Shown: positions 1 through 14,275 of the stretch, one piece after another
Layout of the letters: the number at the start of each line of letters is the position of its first letter
Numbering within the stretch: the first letter of the stretch is position 1
NCBI GenBank assembly: GCA_964016885.1
Contig: OZ024740.1
Coordinates: 97,650,001-97,714,000 of the forward strand
Reading direction: 5' to 3'
From: Eledone cirrhosa
Lineage: Eukaryota
DNA: 64,000 bases
The notes under the pieces: generated by a model
What the model saw: only the letters and a program-made list of their open reading frames with translations
What the model was told of the DNA's origin: nothing
The model's database searches: none
Translations under genes and position numbers: made by a program

Positions 1-673
1 GTTTCTTTTGAAGTTGGGATTCCCACTTTTGTTGATCTGTCTTCAAGTCTAGAAGGGCAAACTTGTGTTTGATATATTTCATTTAACTTTAGGATATTTT
101 GATTTGTCTTTGGAAATTGGGACCTTGGGATTGTTCCTGTTGAATAGCTACAGCATAGCCTTTTCTCTTTTTAGTAATAGGTTTTCAAAAGGGTAAACTT
201 TTTTTAATTTCTCCTCATGATTTGAAAACCAATTTTACCTTTTTATTCTATTTCTGAAAATATATCACTTCATCATACTCACATTCTTGTAGACTTGATC
301 TAGTAATTTATCCATCGAATTTTTTTCTTAGTTTCAAATTTCATTTGTTCATCAATGTCCTCGTATGTCTGGTAATTTGTATCTCCACACAGTTTAGCAT
401 TTTATCAAGAGATACATTTATTGTAGAATTCTATGTTCTGATTTTTCAAGTATCGTTTTAAGTTGTACTTTGCACAATAAGTGGGGCTGGAGTTATGCAG
501 CATTCATACATTTCCACTTTGTTGTGAATCCTCTATATATTCAATAAAGTGAACATTCTTGCATAAAAATGTTTATTTCATATATAACATATTCAGTGTC
601 TTTTAAGAAAAGCAGTTCTGGGAATATTTTCAGAAAATTTAAGGGAAATTGAATTCTGTTTGTCTTGGCTGAG

Positions 674-708
<35 letters not shown>

Positions 709-1370
709 TCTGCACTGATTACATCTATTTTTCATTTATGTAACAACATGTAGACATGTAGGTGCTATTGAAATAAGTATAACAGGTTTTGTATAAGAAA
801 TTAATTATAGTGAAGTAAAACCTTATTTCCGTCTACTCCGTTATACCTGTATTTTTCAACCATTTTATGATTTGACTAATATGCTAAAGATGGAGTGACT
901 TGCATGTTAGGCCGCTGAATTGTACATATACAGGAATATTTAACTAAGAATATAGGCAAAATAACTACATGATATGGTCAGATAACTTACTAGATATAAT
1001 CAATATAATTGGTGATTGAATGTTTTTGTAGTTGTCCATTGGATAGACTTTTGATCTTGTGATTGTTGCAAGCCTGTTTTGATTGAGTATGCCTATAGTC
1101 AAATGTGTTCCAAGCATGAACTTATTATTGTTTAGCACCAAATCAGTCCTGGTGAAGCAGAGCAATAATCAAAGACATTTCAAGCATGACCATGTTTTTA
1201 TTGAGGCCCAGGTTAACCTTAATTAACTATATCTATGACCAAAAGGGTTCCACTGATGCCGATGACATTTAGCTCCACATCAATCCTGAATGAGAAAACC
1301 TATGAAGACATGTTTAAATACTAATATGTTCTTCCATTTTTACTTATAGTAATGTGTGATTTGAAGCATA

Positions 1371-1797
1371 TGTAGTAACTATGGCGACAGTGTGTTGACT
1401 ATAGCAACGCAGTGTCGCCACCTGTGGGTAACACAAAAAAATAGCGAATTACTTCCCTTATCTCGGCGTTCTCTACAAGAAGAGACGCCAATGTAAAACT
1501 CAAGAGATTTGGTTTTCAATTCCAATCGCCTTTGTCCTGCCACGTGGACGTACTTTGTAAAAAGGCCTGTTTTTGACCAAGAGATTTTCATATCTCTTCT
1601 TGAATGTAAGAATTAAGCCATTGCCGTTTAGCTTGCAGGGTATGTCCTATGAATGTAATTATTATGTTGTGTTTTATTAAATGAATCATTTAATAAAAGA
1701 TTAGCCTTGTTATCGTTAAAGCCCTTCTGTTTTAATTAATAATCTTAGAGAGATGAGATGTCGTTCACACACCTGGACGATATATCATTTTTGTAAA
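1371..1797 (+). repeat. 5' LTR
   Basis: TGTAGTAACT...TTTTTGTAAA; differs from the 3' LTR by about 3 substitutions and 2 small indels (by eye). Confidence 0.96.
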
Positions 1798-1798
1798 T

Positions 1799-1811
1799 TG
1801 GTGACCCCGAC
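1799..1811 (+). promoter_or_regulatory. Primer-binding site, tRNA-Trp type
   Basis: TGGTGACCCCGAC 1 nt after the 5' LTR; matches the start of the avian retrovirus tRNA-Trp PBS (TGGTGACCCCGACG). Confidence 0.85.
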
Positions 1812-2474
1812 TAAGAACAACTCTTAAAATTCTTCTGTGTTTAAAATTCTTCTGTATTGCTGAATTGTATCTCCTTCTGACCTGCCTTGCAAGCATAGTT
1901 TGATAAAAACAAAAAAATTATCACAACTCATCCAGCGTTTTATCAACAATGATATTTATTTTATGTACAAAGTGTGCGACGCTGCACATATATATATGGA
2001 ATTCAGGCCCGTTGTTGTTTGGCATCTTGTCTTTGAGTGAACAATATTTTTCCTTTTGCATCAACTTCTCTCTTTAAAAAAAAAAAAAAAAAAAAAAAAG
2101 GATTTCTCTGGATATAAAATTTTGCTTTCAACCTTCTGTTAAAATAACAAAATGGAGACTCAAAAATGTTGTTTTCCCGCGTACAGCTTGTCTTCAATCC
2201 CAGCCATCTGATTGGCTGCATCGTGCCATATGGCGGCTTCTTCATCACAAACACATTTTTCAATCAGCCATCTGGGGATTTTCTTACCAAATAATTTTCA
2301 TTGAAAATAATTTTTTTTATTATGCAAATTTTATTTTGGCCGGCGTGAATTTTCAAAAAGAATTTCGGTTGAATTCGCGTGAATAAGATTTTGGATTCCA
2401 GTGTCATTTTTTGGTCGCATAGCTGCTTCGAAGAAATAATTTGGCCTTAAAAATTCATCAAATCTTTGGGCATC

Positions 2475-3344
2475 ATGAATCAACATCATTTGCCGTCCTT
2501 CGCAGGCGACATCAAGTTATGGTTTTTGTAGGTTGAATGCTATTTTGATTTAACCAAAACCAAAGAACAGCATAAACTGAAGGTACTAGTTAGTGGCTTG
2601 CCTGTGTCGTTGGCATATTCCGTGAAGGATGTGGTAACCAATTTAGCCGCAGACGTTACTTATGGCTCGTTGAAAGGGGAAATTATTCGGAGGAATACCA
2701 AGTCAGCGGAAAGTCGTTTTCGGGAATTGTTAGATGATGCGCAAATGGGTGACAGGACGCCAAGCTCCTATTTGCGACATCTGCGGGAATTGAGCGACTT
2801 CCAGGGGATGGACACTCCATTCCTCAAACAACTATTTTTCTCTCGTTTACCGCCAAGTGCGCAGATGGTCTTGGTCAATAATTTGGAGAGGGAATCGTTA
2901 GATCAACTTGCCGCATCCGTGGATAGAATACTAGAGGTGGACTCTAACAGCAGTCGGCATAATCCTTGTGTGGCTTCTTCTTCTGTTCCCCCACGCAATT
3001 CTTCTGTGGCCGACAGCAAACTGTTGGAGATGATCGAAGCGCTCACCCAAAAAGTGGAGGATTTGACCGTACAACACAGTGAGCCTTCTCAACGTTTGAG
3101 GTACCGTTCGCCTCCGTCTGCTATTCCTCAAAACCGCTACGAGTACCGTTCGCCTCCGTCTCCTATTCCTCGAAACCGCTACGAGTACCGTTCGCCGCCG
3201 TCTTCTATTCATCGCCAGCACTACAACGCAGACAACAATAATTCTTCGTTTTGTTGGTATCATGCTAACTTCGGCAGTAGGGCACAACGTTGTCGCACGC
3301 CCTGTAATTACAAGAGATCGGAAAACGCAAAGCAGAGCCACTAG
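2475..3344 (+). pseudogene. gag: Gypsy Gag (premature TAG at 2529)
   Basis: ATG 2475 is in frame with ORF 2598-3344; reads LPSF..DIKLWF*VE; GDRTPS; C-terminal CWYHANFGSRAQRCRTPC Cys/His motif. Confidence 0.88.
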
Positions 3345-6310
3345 GGGCGGCTAGTGAACTCTGGGAAAATCGACCAAACCGCTCTCTTTTCGTATACGAC
3401 CTGCGGTCGAAAAAACTTTTCCTTGTCAATACTGGCGCGTCGCTGAGTATTTGGCCAGTCAGTTATCTAAAAAAAAACCCATCTGAATCAAATATAAATT
3501 TACGAGCAGTCAACCACACGGCCATTCGAACGTACGGGCAAATTTCGCTTCCTCTTCGGTTAAAAAATTTGCGTCGTGAATTGAAGTGGAAGTTTACTAT
3601 CGCCGACTTGCCATACGCCATTTTGGGAGCGGATTTTCTCCACCATTTTTCCTTGTCGATTGACATCCGCAGACAACGACTTTTTGATGCTAATACAGGC
3701 CTATCGTTCGAGGGTACAAAGCCGGAGATCGCCAGAGTAAGCTCTGCTTTTTTCTTGGCTGAAGTGGGTAACCAGTATCACAGTTTGTTAAAATCATTCC
3801 CACAGCTGACGCAAGGAAGATTACGAATTGCTAGTCCGGATCATGTGATTGAACACTTTATATCCACTACAGGTCCACCTGTTTTCTCACTTCCTCGAAG
3901 ATTATCTATAGAGAAGTTGAAAGCTGCACGGTCTGAATTCGACCACATGCTGGAATTAGGAATAATTCGGCGTTCCACAAGTCCTTGGGCATCGCCTCTA
4001 CATATGGTACTTAAATCTTCTGGTGATTGGAGACCGACGGGTGACTACCGACGCTTAAACGCGATTACTGTGCCTGACCGTTATCCAATCCCGCATTTGT
4101 AGGATTTCGCTTCTTCATTACAAGGTTGCACAATTTTTTCTAGGCTCGATTTGATTCGTGCTTATAATCAGATTCCGGTTAAAAAGGAGGATATTCCGAA
4201 GACTGCTATTGCCACTCCTTTTGGATCTTTCGAGTTCCTAACTATGCCTTTCGGGCTAAGAAATGCGGCTAGTACCTTCCAACGATTTATGGATGATGTT
4301 ACTCGGGGCCTGGATTTTGTGTACACGTATATCGATGATGTGTTGATTGCTAGTTCTTCTCCTGAGCAGCATTCAAAGCATCTGGATCTCGTATTTCGTC
4401 GTTTACAGAGATATAATGTTCGTATTAATGCTTCCAAGTGTGTTTTCGGCTCGACTTCACTAACATTTTTAGGCCATCTGATTGACGCCGATGGTATTCG
4501 ACCTCTTGCTGAGAAGGTTAAGGCAGTATCGGATTTGCCTCCGCCAAGTTCACTGCGACAATTGCGTCAATTCTTAGGCCTTGTAAATTTTTATAGGCGA
4601 TTCGTACCTAATTGTTCCAACTTGCTGTTCTCGTTGACAGAAATTTTTAAAAATTGCCGGCGTAAGAATGGGGACATTTCCTTAAATAAAACGCAGCTTG
4701 AGGATTTTAAAAAAGTGAAAAAGGCGTTAGCGAGCACGTCTTTGCTCGCCCACCCAGTACCCAAGGCCGAGCTATCGCTCTGTGTTGATGCGTCGGATAC
4801 CGCCGTGGGCGCAGTCTTGCGATGGTTTACAAGTGCGATGGTTTACAACAACCACTGGAATTTTTTTCGAGAAAGCTAAAGCCTGCCGAAAATCGTTGTA
4901 GTACTTTCGGGCGTGAGCTTTTAGCAATTTATTTATCTGTGAAACATTTCTCCCATGTTCTGGACGGGAGAGCGTTCACTATTTTCACAGATCACAAACC
5001 GTTGATTTTCGCTTTAAGATCAAAATCTGACAAATATTCGCCTAGGGAAACTAGACATCTGGATTTTGTTTCCCAATACACCAATGATATTCAACATATT
5101 CCGGGTGCTTTGAACACTGCGGCAGACGCCTTGTCTCGTCTCCCGATAGCTTCGATCTCGTCGTCTAACGATATAGATTTGCGTCAAATGGCCATTGACC
5201 AACCCTCGCTTGAATCATTGGATTGCACATCGCCGGAGTTCATTAACTGCAATATGAAATACCTTCCTTTATCAACCGCTTACGGACAGATACTTTGTGA
5301 TATCTCGTTGGACTCACCACGACCTCTCGTCCCAGTTGGTCATCGACGAACTGTATTTCTCGCTTTGCATAGCATTTCTCACCCAGGAGCTACAGCCTCG
5401 GTAAAACTCATAACAGCCAGATTTTTCTGGCCAGATATGAGACGTGACATTGCCGTTCCTGTGTCGCTTGCCAAAAGTCAAAAGTTCATAAGCACGTTAA
5501 AACTCCTCTCGGAACTTTCACCTGTCCTGATGCCAGATTTCGTCACATTCATGTGGACATCGTTCGGCCCGTGGCCGATTAGTCGTGGTTATTCGTATAT
5601 TTTGACGATCGTTGACCGTTTTTCGCGTTGGCCTGAAGCCATCCCTATGACAGATATCACTGCTGAAACGACAGCGCGTACTCTCGTATCTGCATGGATC
5701 GCTCGTTTTGGAGTACCAACCACAATAACGACGGACCGCGGTCGTCAATTTGAATCGAACCTCTTCCGTGAATTAACACAAATTATTGGCGCTACTCGCA
5801 TAAGAACCACGGCATATCATCCAGCATCAAACGGAATGGTGAAATATTTCACAGACAGCTTAAAGCCTCTTTAAGGGCTTCAATGGACTCTTCACGTTGG
5901 AGTGAGTACCTACCTATTGTGTTGTTAGGTATTCGGTCGACAATAAAGGTGGATCTTGGGTTCTCCCCGGCCGAATTGATTTATGGTACTCCTCTTGCGT
6001 TACCGGGGCAAATGCTTGCTCCTGTTGATCTTGCTTCGCAGGATCCCGCTTCCTACGTGTCCCGACTTCCTTCTTACTTCCAAGATTTACCACCGATGGA
6101 CACTAGGAAGTAAACTGTAAAAACTGCCGTCCCAAGGGATATTGCCTTGTGGACACATGTGTTCGTTAGAGACGACGCTGTGAGACCCCCTCTCACACGG
6201 CCGTACTCTGGACCCTATCGTGTGCTTGCTCGTACAGAGAAACATTTCACAGTGGACATTAGGGGGTCCAGGGAAACTATTTCCGTTGATCGCCTCAAAC
6301 GAGCCAATCT
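3320..6310 (+). pseudogene. pol: Gypsy Pol (PR-RT-RNase H-integrase), disrupted
   Basis: Frame -1 relative to gag. Protease FLVNTGA (catalytic D->N at 3428) and ILGADFL; [20 protein letters not shown]; RNase H DAS and TDHKPL; integrase HSISHPG, TDRGRQF, YHPASNG; GPY. Stops at 4100 and 6111; frameshifts near 4820, 5455, 5565 and 5845. Confidence 0.95.
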
Positions 6311-6977
6311 GGACACTGACACAGTGACACTTGAACCACAAATGCCCCCTTCTTTTTCTTCGCCACATACACTCGTTTCTTCGTCGTTGCCCCCCCCCCC
6401 CCCCCCCCCCCCCCACCCCCCCCACCCACCCACCCACCACCAACATACAGAAATACGACCCGTTCAGGTCGAAGGGTGCATTGGCCCCGTAAGCTATGCA
6501 GTACTCTCAACTTCTGAATTGTATTCTTTTTTCTTGCAGTTATTTTTACTGTATATTGAATTTGTTGTATTTTGTACCCTGACTGCCTTTGGTATTTTTA
6601 AGGCATATTATAATTTTTCATTGCATTTTGTAACCTTACTGCCTATGGCATTTTCAATGCCTATTGTTTTTTTTTATCGCATTTGCGACCCTTACTGCGA
6701 ATGGTATTTTTAATGCATTTTGCATTTATTGCTGCATGTGTATAATTATTGCATTTGTTGTATATTTTTTTGTGTAATGCTTGCATGCATTAACCTATTT
6801 CACCTCTATATTGTTCGTTTTGAAACCGGTTTCAACAACTTGTAAAGAGTACCTTGTAAGGCTTTGGCTTCATTGTTATATACTACAGGAATTTTTCTTG
6901 CACCAATTTACAACTTCTAGTTCCTCCATGCCATCGTTTGTTTTAAGATTTTTATTAAAAATCTGGTCGGAGGTGAT

Positions 6978-7401
6978 TGTAGTAACTATGGCGACAGTGT
7001 GTTGACTATAGCAACGCAGTGTCGCCACCTGTGGGTAACACAAAAAATAGCGAATTACTTCCCTTATCTCGGCGTTCTCTAAAAGAAGAGACGCCAATGT
7101 AAAACAAGAGATTTGGTTTTCAATTCCAGTCGCCTTTGTCCTGCCACGTGGACGTACTTTGTAAAAAGGCCTGTTTTTGACCAAGAGATTTTCATATCTC
7201 TTCTTGAATGTAAGAATTAAGCCATTGCCGTTTAGCTTGCAGGGTATGTCCTATGAATGTAATTATTATGTTGTGTTTTATTAAATGAATCATTTAATAA
7301 AAGATTAGCCTTGTTATCGTTAAAGCCCTTCTGTTTTAATTAATAATCTCAGAGAGATGAGATGTCGTTCACACACCTGGACGATATATCATTTTTGTAA
7401 A
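6978..7401 (+). repeat. 3' LTR
   Basis: Direct copy of 1371-1797, preceded by a weakly purine-rich tract (GGTCGGAGGTGA) and followed by CATA. Confidence 0.96.
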
Positions 7402-9129
7402 CATACATGGCTGCATTGTCTAGCAGTTTGTACGTCCATATTTGAAGCCATTTCCTTGGTTCAGGGACCGAATTGACAAGACCCCTAACTTCACTTGCTT
7501 ACCAAATATTTCTATTGGTCTTTTCAATTGCTACTACTATCTACAGGCTGTAGCTCCTGGCAGAAGGAGAAATGTGAAATAAAGTTTCTTGCTCAATGTC
7601 ATAACGCATAGCCTAGCTTGGGAATCGAAGTCACAAACTCATGATTGTAAATCCAACAAACATAATATGATGTTTTATGTTTCTGCCATATGTACCTGGA
7701 ATAAGATGAAATATTTCTTTGGAGTGGTGTTAGTAAGATTTCACCAGAGGGAGAATCCAGATAAGTAGTTTTTCTACAAGTTTATCAAGGTGGAAAATAA
7801 GACTAGGAAGTGGCAAGAGAGTGGATTAAATTTTTGATAAAACTCGTGGCAGATCACCATAAAGAACTTTGTTGGTAGTGTAACTTTGCCACTTAATGTT
7901 GAACAGCACATGTAGAATCTTACAGTAGGAACCTGTCTTGAGTGAGTAAAATCTCTTGCCACTGGATGTAAATCACTTAGTAGGACGTCTAAACATAACC
8001 ATCAGGATTCTGTTGGTAAGTGACACTGGCTTCACTGGATGGGATTTTCGTACTGTGATGAGTCTTGGTAAGTCTGGAACAATAACTTTGTTCATGCTTC
8101 ATCTTTGATAGAAGGATAACTTAAGAGGAGAGAAGAGATTTCACATATTATTAATGTTTTTAAAGGTTGATGAACTGGAGGTAGAGGGGACTCATAATTC
8201 TTGTTGAAAACATGTCAGCCACATTATTGTGAGTGCCATGATGAAATGCATCCAATATACAATAAAACCATGTCAAAATTTGAAAGCTATGTGTATGACG
8301 TGGTCCTCTAATCTGTCTAGCAGGTCAGTAACTCCAAATATGAACTGGCTTGAACTGTGATAACCCATCCAAACACCACCTGCATGGGAAATAAATGCAA
8401 AATTTTGACAATCACAATGAAGATGATGAAGATATGTTACTAAATGTGGTTTTATTGAGGCTTGTTGTGTAGAAGAGGAAATATTCTTAGTAGAAAATAA
8501 TAATTTTAAAGCAAAATTCAAATAAAACAAAACTAAATTAATCTTCACCTGTAATCACATCCATAAATCATAGCTGTCAATTTTCACAAGTTCTAAATGA
8601 GTCACAGCTGTGAAGATATATTTTTAATCTATTTTCTATTTAAATCACATTTTGTGAACAATATTGTTACTGATTCTTAATGGCCTAATCATTGCTCCAT
8701 TGCATTTACGAAATCAAGGGTGACAAAGAACTATCTGTGCAACTTAGTCATAATTAATACCGTACGTGGTATTATGCTTTAAAAATGTTACTGGTTTCTA
8801 GCTAATGTTAGCATCTTTCACTGATATACAATACTGAAAAATACATACACACTCACACGCGTATATAGATATAATGAATTTCTGCTGTTATCAAGTCAAC
8901 CTCCTACCAACTTCAAGAAGCCAGCTAGCTACCTGATCACCTATCAATCAGGCACACTCACAAGCCAGATAAACTTTATACATGTTAGAAAACAAGATAG
9001 ACAGATGGTTATAAATGTTCAGATCTTCACCGGGGAAGAATGCAATGCCTTACATAGGTTTGTTATTAGTGACATCAGAATATCCACAATACAGATAAAA
9101 AAATGCAGGTAAATTTGGAGGAGGCAAGT

Positions 9130-10380
9130 TTGAAAGCTACAGGAACTCTCTGTTATGTATTGGTACAATAGAGCTGTGTGTGCTGCATATGTTTTGGAAG
9201 AAGGTGAATTGGATACATATGATGCTGAAGGGGATCAGAAGTTCCTACATGACAATCTACTACAGAGCAAAGTGCTAGTGAGACAGTGTGTGACTAGGTA
9301 GTGGAAAAACATAGTAGAGAGAGCCATTAAAGTCAGTAGAGGGGCATAGAAAGACTGGAAAAATTACCAGCTAACAAAACTAACAGTTATAGGGTCAAAG
9401 AAGCAATCAAGGAGATAAAAAATCGTATAGCGGTTAGAATGTCTGAGATAGATTTTGAAATGCTGAAAGCATCTGGGGAAGAAGGAATTCAACTTGTCAC
9501 TTCCATAAACAATCATGTAATGCAAGAGGAAATCATACCCAATGGCTGGTGTAGTAATATACATGTTAATAACTACAAAGAAGCTACTACATGGGAATAA
9601 AACTAAGGGATACCTAAGGCACAACTAATTAGTGAAAGAGTCAAATTAGGTAAGACGAAGTTTGGTCTTGTGGGAAGGTGGAACACAACAGATACCCTGT
9701 CTTAAGGGAGACAACTGCAAGAGAAGTTTCTATCTAAGAGTACGCCTCTATATCAAGCTTTTATTGATCTAGAGAAAGCCTTTAAGAAAGTAATATAATT
9801 TGTCATCTGGTGGTCCTTAGGAAATTAAATGCAGAAGAGTGGCTTATAAGAGTAGTGCAAACCAAGTACATTAGATAATAGGAAGTGAGTTTAATGAGGA
9901 ATTCAAGGTACAGGTGGTTGTGCATGAATGCTCAGTTCTCAGCACTCTGTTTATTATAGTCCTCCTGTCCATAAGAGATAAGAATGGAGTTTAAGACTAG
10001 CTGTTTGTGCGAATATTTGTATGCTGATGATCTCATTCTAATAGCTGAATTAGTGGAAGAAATAGAGAATAAATTCCAGCTACAGAAACAGAATAAACTT
10101 AGCAAAATTGGAAAGTGATAATAAGTAGGGTAGGAGACAGAGCTCTTATCTCATCAAGGACATGGCCTTACTCAATATGCACAATGTACAAAATGAAAAT
10201 TTTGGGTATACAGTATGTGTAGTGGGACAGCAAGCAGGAAAGGAAAAATGTCTAACAGGAAAGGAAGTAGTGCTCTGAGAGCATAGTAGCTAAAATAATG
10301 ACAGGGTGAAGAAGAGTAGAGAGCAGGGGATTAAGACAAACATTTTCTCCCTACGAATGAAAGATCAACTGTAATGACAG
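9130..10380 (+). mobile_element. Degraded RTE-clade LINE fragment
   Basis: Broken frames give EMLKASGEEG, AFIDLEKAF and LYADDL; many stops. Boundaries approximate. Confidence 0.7.
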
Positions 10381-12758
10381 TGAAATGCCTGTATCCATTA
10401 TTACTGCCATAGTATTTAGGTAGATATAACCGGATCACAGCTTAAAATGCTCAGTTTATTTTACATGGACAAATTGTTTATGTGCTTGTATATGCCGTTA
10501 TTCTAAATCATGTTAAGTTAGTGCTATCACTAATTAATACAAGTTGGTCTATATATATATATGAGCCTTCACCAAACTAGTTTAATTACAGTATTTGGGC
10601 ACATGTAAGTGAGAATTAATGAGTTTTTATGACAGTGAAATGCATCCATCACTCTTTCTCCAACACTGAGGTGGCTGTTATTTGACCACAACATACAATA
10701 CTCGCAACCAGATGAAATGCATGTTTATTACACATAAACATGTTGTATATGACTTCATCTATGAATTTATTCTAGTTATATACTTCACTTGCTATATATC
10801 TCCTGCTGAATCTATTATTTCTAAGCAGGATTTGAATTTGGTTTTCTAGATTTTTACACACTATACTAATAAAGTAGAGTTGACATTTCAGTAATTCATG
10901 TTCGTAAATATATTTGAAAAGAACCATGTTTATATTGCTAAGAATAGTATTTGGTAAGAAATAAAATGTTTTCAACGCAAAGTTAAAAGAAACAGCAAAA
11001 AAAGAAAATGATAATAACAAATTTGGATTAACCCCTGCCTTATAGTCACATACAGGAATCTTAACTGTCAATTTCTATGATATGGAACCAATAATTGGAA
11101 TTAAGGAGTATCGTAAACTTGAAAGCTTAGTAAATAATTCCACCATGTCTTCACATACACGAATGCTCCAATGAAACCAATTAGATTAACAACTGCTCAG
11201 TTACCAGCAATGAAAACCTTGTGCAGATAGTTATTAAATATAAATACACACACTCACCAAACACATATGTTGAATCACATTAATGTTTGTGCAGAGTATT
11301 GAAAAAAATATATGTACACATACAAATTCATGTTTACACACATTCATATATATATATATATAAGATTGCATGTCTTTCTATATAAGTAACTTTACTAGAA
11401 CGTAGCTAAGATGTAAGGCAATTATGTGAGGCTACTAATACACATTTGAAAGTATATATCAAAATTTGAGATCCTTGCCAGTTGAAGTGTGGCATCTTGG
11501 TATTTGGCTTCACTACTGATGTTATTATATATTGAGGGGTCAGACTTTTGTATTTTGACGTTATAGATTTGTGTATTAAGTGATGTAAGTAGGATGGTCA
11601 ATTTCCTTGTTTCTACAAGAGTGCTCCCTCACTCAGATGTTCATGTAGAAAGCCAGCATCATGTCCTCCACAGCAACAGTGTAAACACCCGCAGTCGTCT
11701 ACGAGCCGATGTTACATCCACCCGGCAGAAAGAAAAGCAAAATCTGAGGACATGTGTGGGTATTTAGGAAGGCCAGTTTAAAAAAGGCTTCCTTAATCAT
11801 GTGATGACCTTTAGACACCCAGGCAAACTATTGAGCACAAAACTAGCAAGCCAGCTAGGGTTACTCAAGGATGGAGGCGTGAACTTCTCCATCAAATTGA
11901 ACATTTTAAAGTAACCTAGACTATATGTAAACGGATCTAAGACATGCAGATTTTACTTAGACTAAAGATAAAATATCCAAAAGACATTACGCAACAACAC
12001 TTGCTTTAAAATAAGAGCTGATTGTTTAAACTGCTGCCCCAACACCACAATGTTTGTTATGTAACTGGAGGGACTCAGGATAACCATAAGATTGATGATA
12101 TCCTGTGCTAAATTATCACAAGACGTCATTCTTCAAAGGTTATATCCCACACAATAGGCTAATTAGAGTTTTCTCTCCATTACGGATATGAAAACTGACC
12201 TCTTCTGCGCAGAATCCATCCAGTTCAAAAATACTTCCGTCCACACTATAACCATACACATGTTGAACATTTTCATAAGTGGAACACATGTTCTCAAGTA
12301 TGGTTTAGTAATTGTTGTGGAATTAACTATATATATATATATAAAGAAAAAAAAAAGGAAGTTTCGTTTACATGTTTTTCTTGAATATTGGCCAGTTATA
12401 TTATTGACATGTTAAAGTAAAAATCTGAGAAATGCATTGAAAAACTTCATCATACAAAAACAAATATGTTTATATCTTCACTATATTCTATCGGTTTCAT
12501 TTGTTTAAAATATATTCATGGTAAAGAGGAAAATGATAGAAATTAAATGCTTATAAATCCATTAGAGAATCTCTGCATTCATTATTTATATGATGAGATT
12601 GTAACTAATGTTGTTGAGTATGATGTTCAAGTGCAGCTGGGTGACAGGGAAGTAACAAATTAAAGATAAAATATTTAATGCTCTTGTTTCTTATTGGCTG
12701 TTTATCTTTTTTACAAGATAGAGAAGATTCGTGTAGTTATCGTCATCTTTGTAGTACA

Positions 12759-12940
12759 GTGGATTGGCAGTATTGGTAGAGGGTCGGAAGCTATGCTTTG
12801 CAGCATAGAGTTACGGCCCTTTATGGTCTGAGTTCAAATCCCGCCGAGGTTAACATTGCCTTTCATCTTTACGAGGTCGATAAAATAAAGTACCAGTAAT
12901 GTACTGGATAATTGCTGGCCTTGTGCAAAAAGTAGAAATA
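12759..12940 (+). mobile_element. tRNA-derived SINE family A
   Basis: B-box GAGTTCAAATCC; core GCCTTTCATC...GGTCGATAAAATAAAGTACCAGT (resembles the Meta/MESC-type domain); TTGCTGGCCTTGTGC tail then (ATT)n. Confidence 0.85.
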
Positions 12941-12963
12941 ATTATTATCATTATTATTATAAA

Positions 12964-13165
12964 GGCAATGGATTGGCAGTATCAGTAGAGCGTCGGACAC
13001 CATGATTTGCAGCGCCTTTACAATCTGAGTTCAAATCCTACCAAGGTTAGCATTGCTTCTCATCCTTCCGGGCTCGATAAAGTAAAGCACCATTAATGGA
13101 CCAGTGTCAATTGAATCAATTATCCCTTTCCCAAAATTACTGGTCTGATGCCTATTGTAGAAATT
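12964..13165 (+). mobile_element. SINE family A (second, adjacent copy)
   Basis: Same head, B-box and core as 12759-12940. Confidence 0.8.
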
Positions 13166-13169
13166 ATTA

Positions 13170-13230
13170 TTAGTAGTAGTAGCAGCAGTAGCAACAGCAA
13201 CATCAGTAGTAGTAGTAGTAGTACTACTAC

Positions 13231-13298
<68 letters not shown>
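13170..13298. repeat. (TAG)n microsatellite
   Basis: Long AGT run; source of the poly-Ser and poly-Thr ORFs. Confidence 0.95.
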
Positions 13299-14191
13299 CA
13301 GGTTGTAGTAGGTGGCACCAGAAGCATCAGTAATAGTTGTAAATGCAGCAGCAGAAGTTGATCTATAATTTGAAATTATCATAATTTATTTACTGATGCT
13401 CTGTTGTTTAGATATTCCAGCAGTACCTAATGTGTTATAATGGGAAAAGGTTTTGTTGTCTTGCACCAGCACATGTATCTATGTGTTTAGTGAAGGATAT
13501 CTGTCTGTAGTAAGTTATTGGAATTTAGTGTTTATCAAGTTTCATTCTTTTCACTAAAACTATTCCAGTTTACTCTACATTTTCTCCACATCTTGAACCT
13601 GTTATTATGTAAATTAGGTTTCCAGTTGCCCAGGATTCATGGCCATAGGCAAGAATCTTGTGAAATGACTTAAAGTATATTATCGCGAATACAAGCAGCC
13701 AAGAAGGGGTTCCATTAAGGGTCTTTGGAGTAACACTATTCATTAAAGTACATAGCGTCAATATCAGTGAATCACTCCAGGTAAAGACTTTACTGCTCCA
13801 AATTGAGTGGTCACAGCACCCATATTACAGACATGAGGTTAGAATGTCCCAGGATAGAATCGCTGAACATATTTTATAAACAAAACCAAATACATGTTTT
13901 CTTGTTGATGATTAGTTGACAAACCTGTCTGGCGAAGGGGCTCCAGTATGATCAGCAAATCATTTAAATATGTGTATCACTTATTTTTCAATTTACGGAG
14001 AAATTCGTATTTTCTGGCCAATGTACATGCCTGAGTATCAAATATGTGTATATATTCATACAAATTGGTGCATTCTTGGATACTCACTCTATATTTATAT
14101 AGATGTAACTTTATCATATATATATATATATATATATATATACAAATATATACATATATATGTACATACAAATATATACATATATATATAA

Positions 14192-14247
<56 letters not shown>

Positions 14248-14275
14248 AGTGTAATTTTCTACACAAAACGAAGGT

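Larger units (their letters stand above)
1371..7401 (+). mobile_element. Full-length Ty3/Gypsy LTR retrotransposon (mutated)
   Basis: Near-identical direct LTRs 1371-1797 and 6978-7401; CATA TSD (1367-1370, 7402-7405); PBS; gag then PR-RT-RNaseH-IN order (Gypsy order). Confidence 0.97.

Noticed and set aside
1-1360. Possible old TE coding remnant on the minus strand
   Set aside because: No diagnostic motif found.
6390-6440. Poly-Pro/poly-Gly ORFs
   Set aside because: Arise from a C homopolymer after the integrase; its length is unreliable.
11630-11765. Possible host exon (more GC-rich, stop-free stretch between AG and GT)
   Set aside because: No recognisable protein motif and weak splice signals; needs RNA-seq.
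12759-12850. tRNA genes at SINE heads
   Set aside because: A/B-box similarity only; no cloverleaf, and the sequence continues into a SINE body with TSDs.
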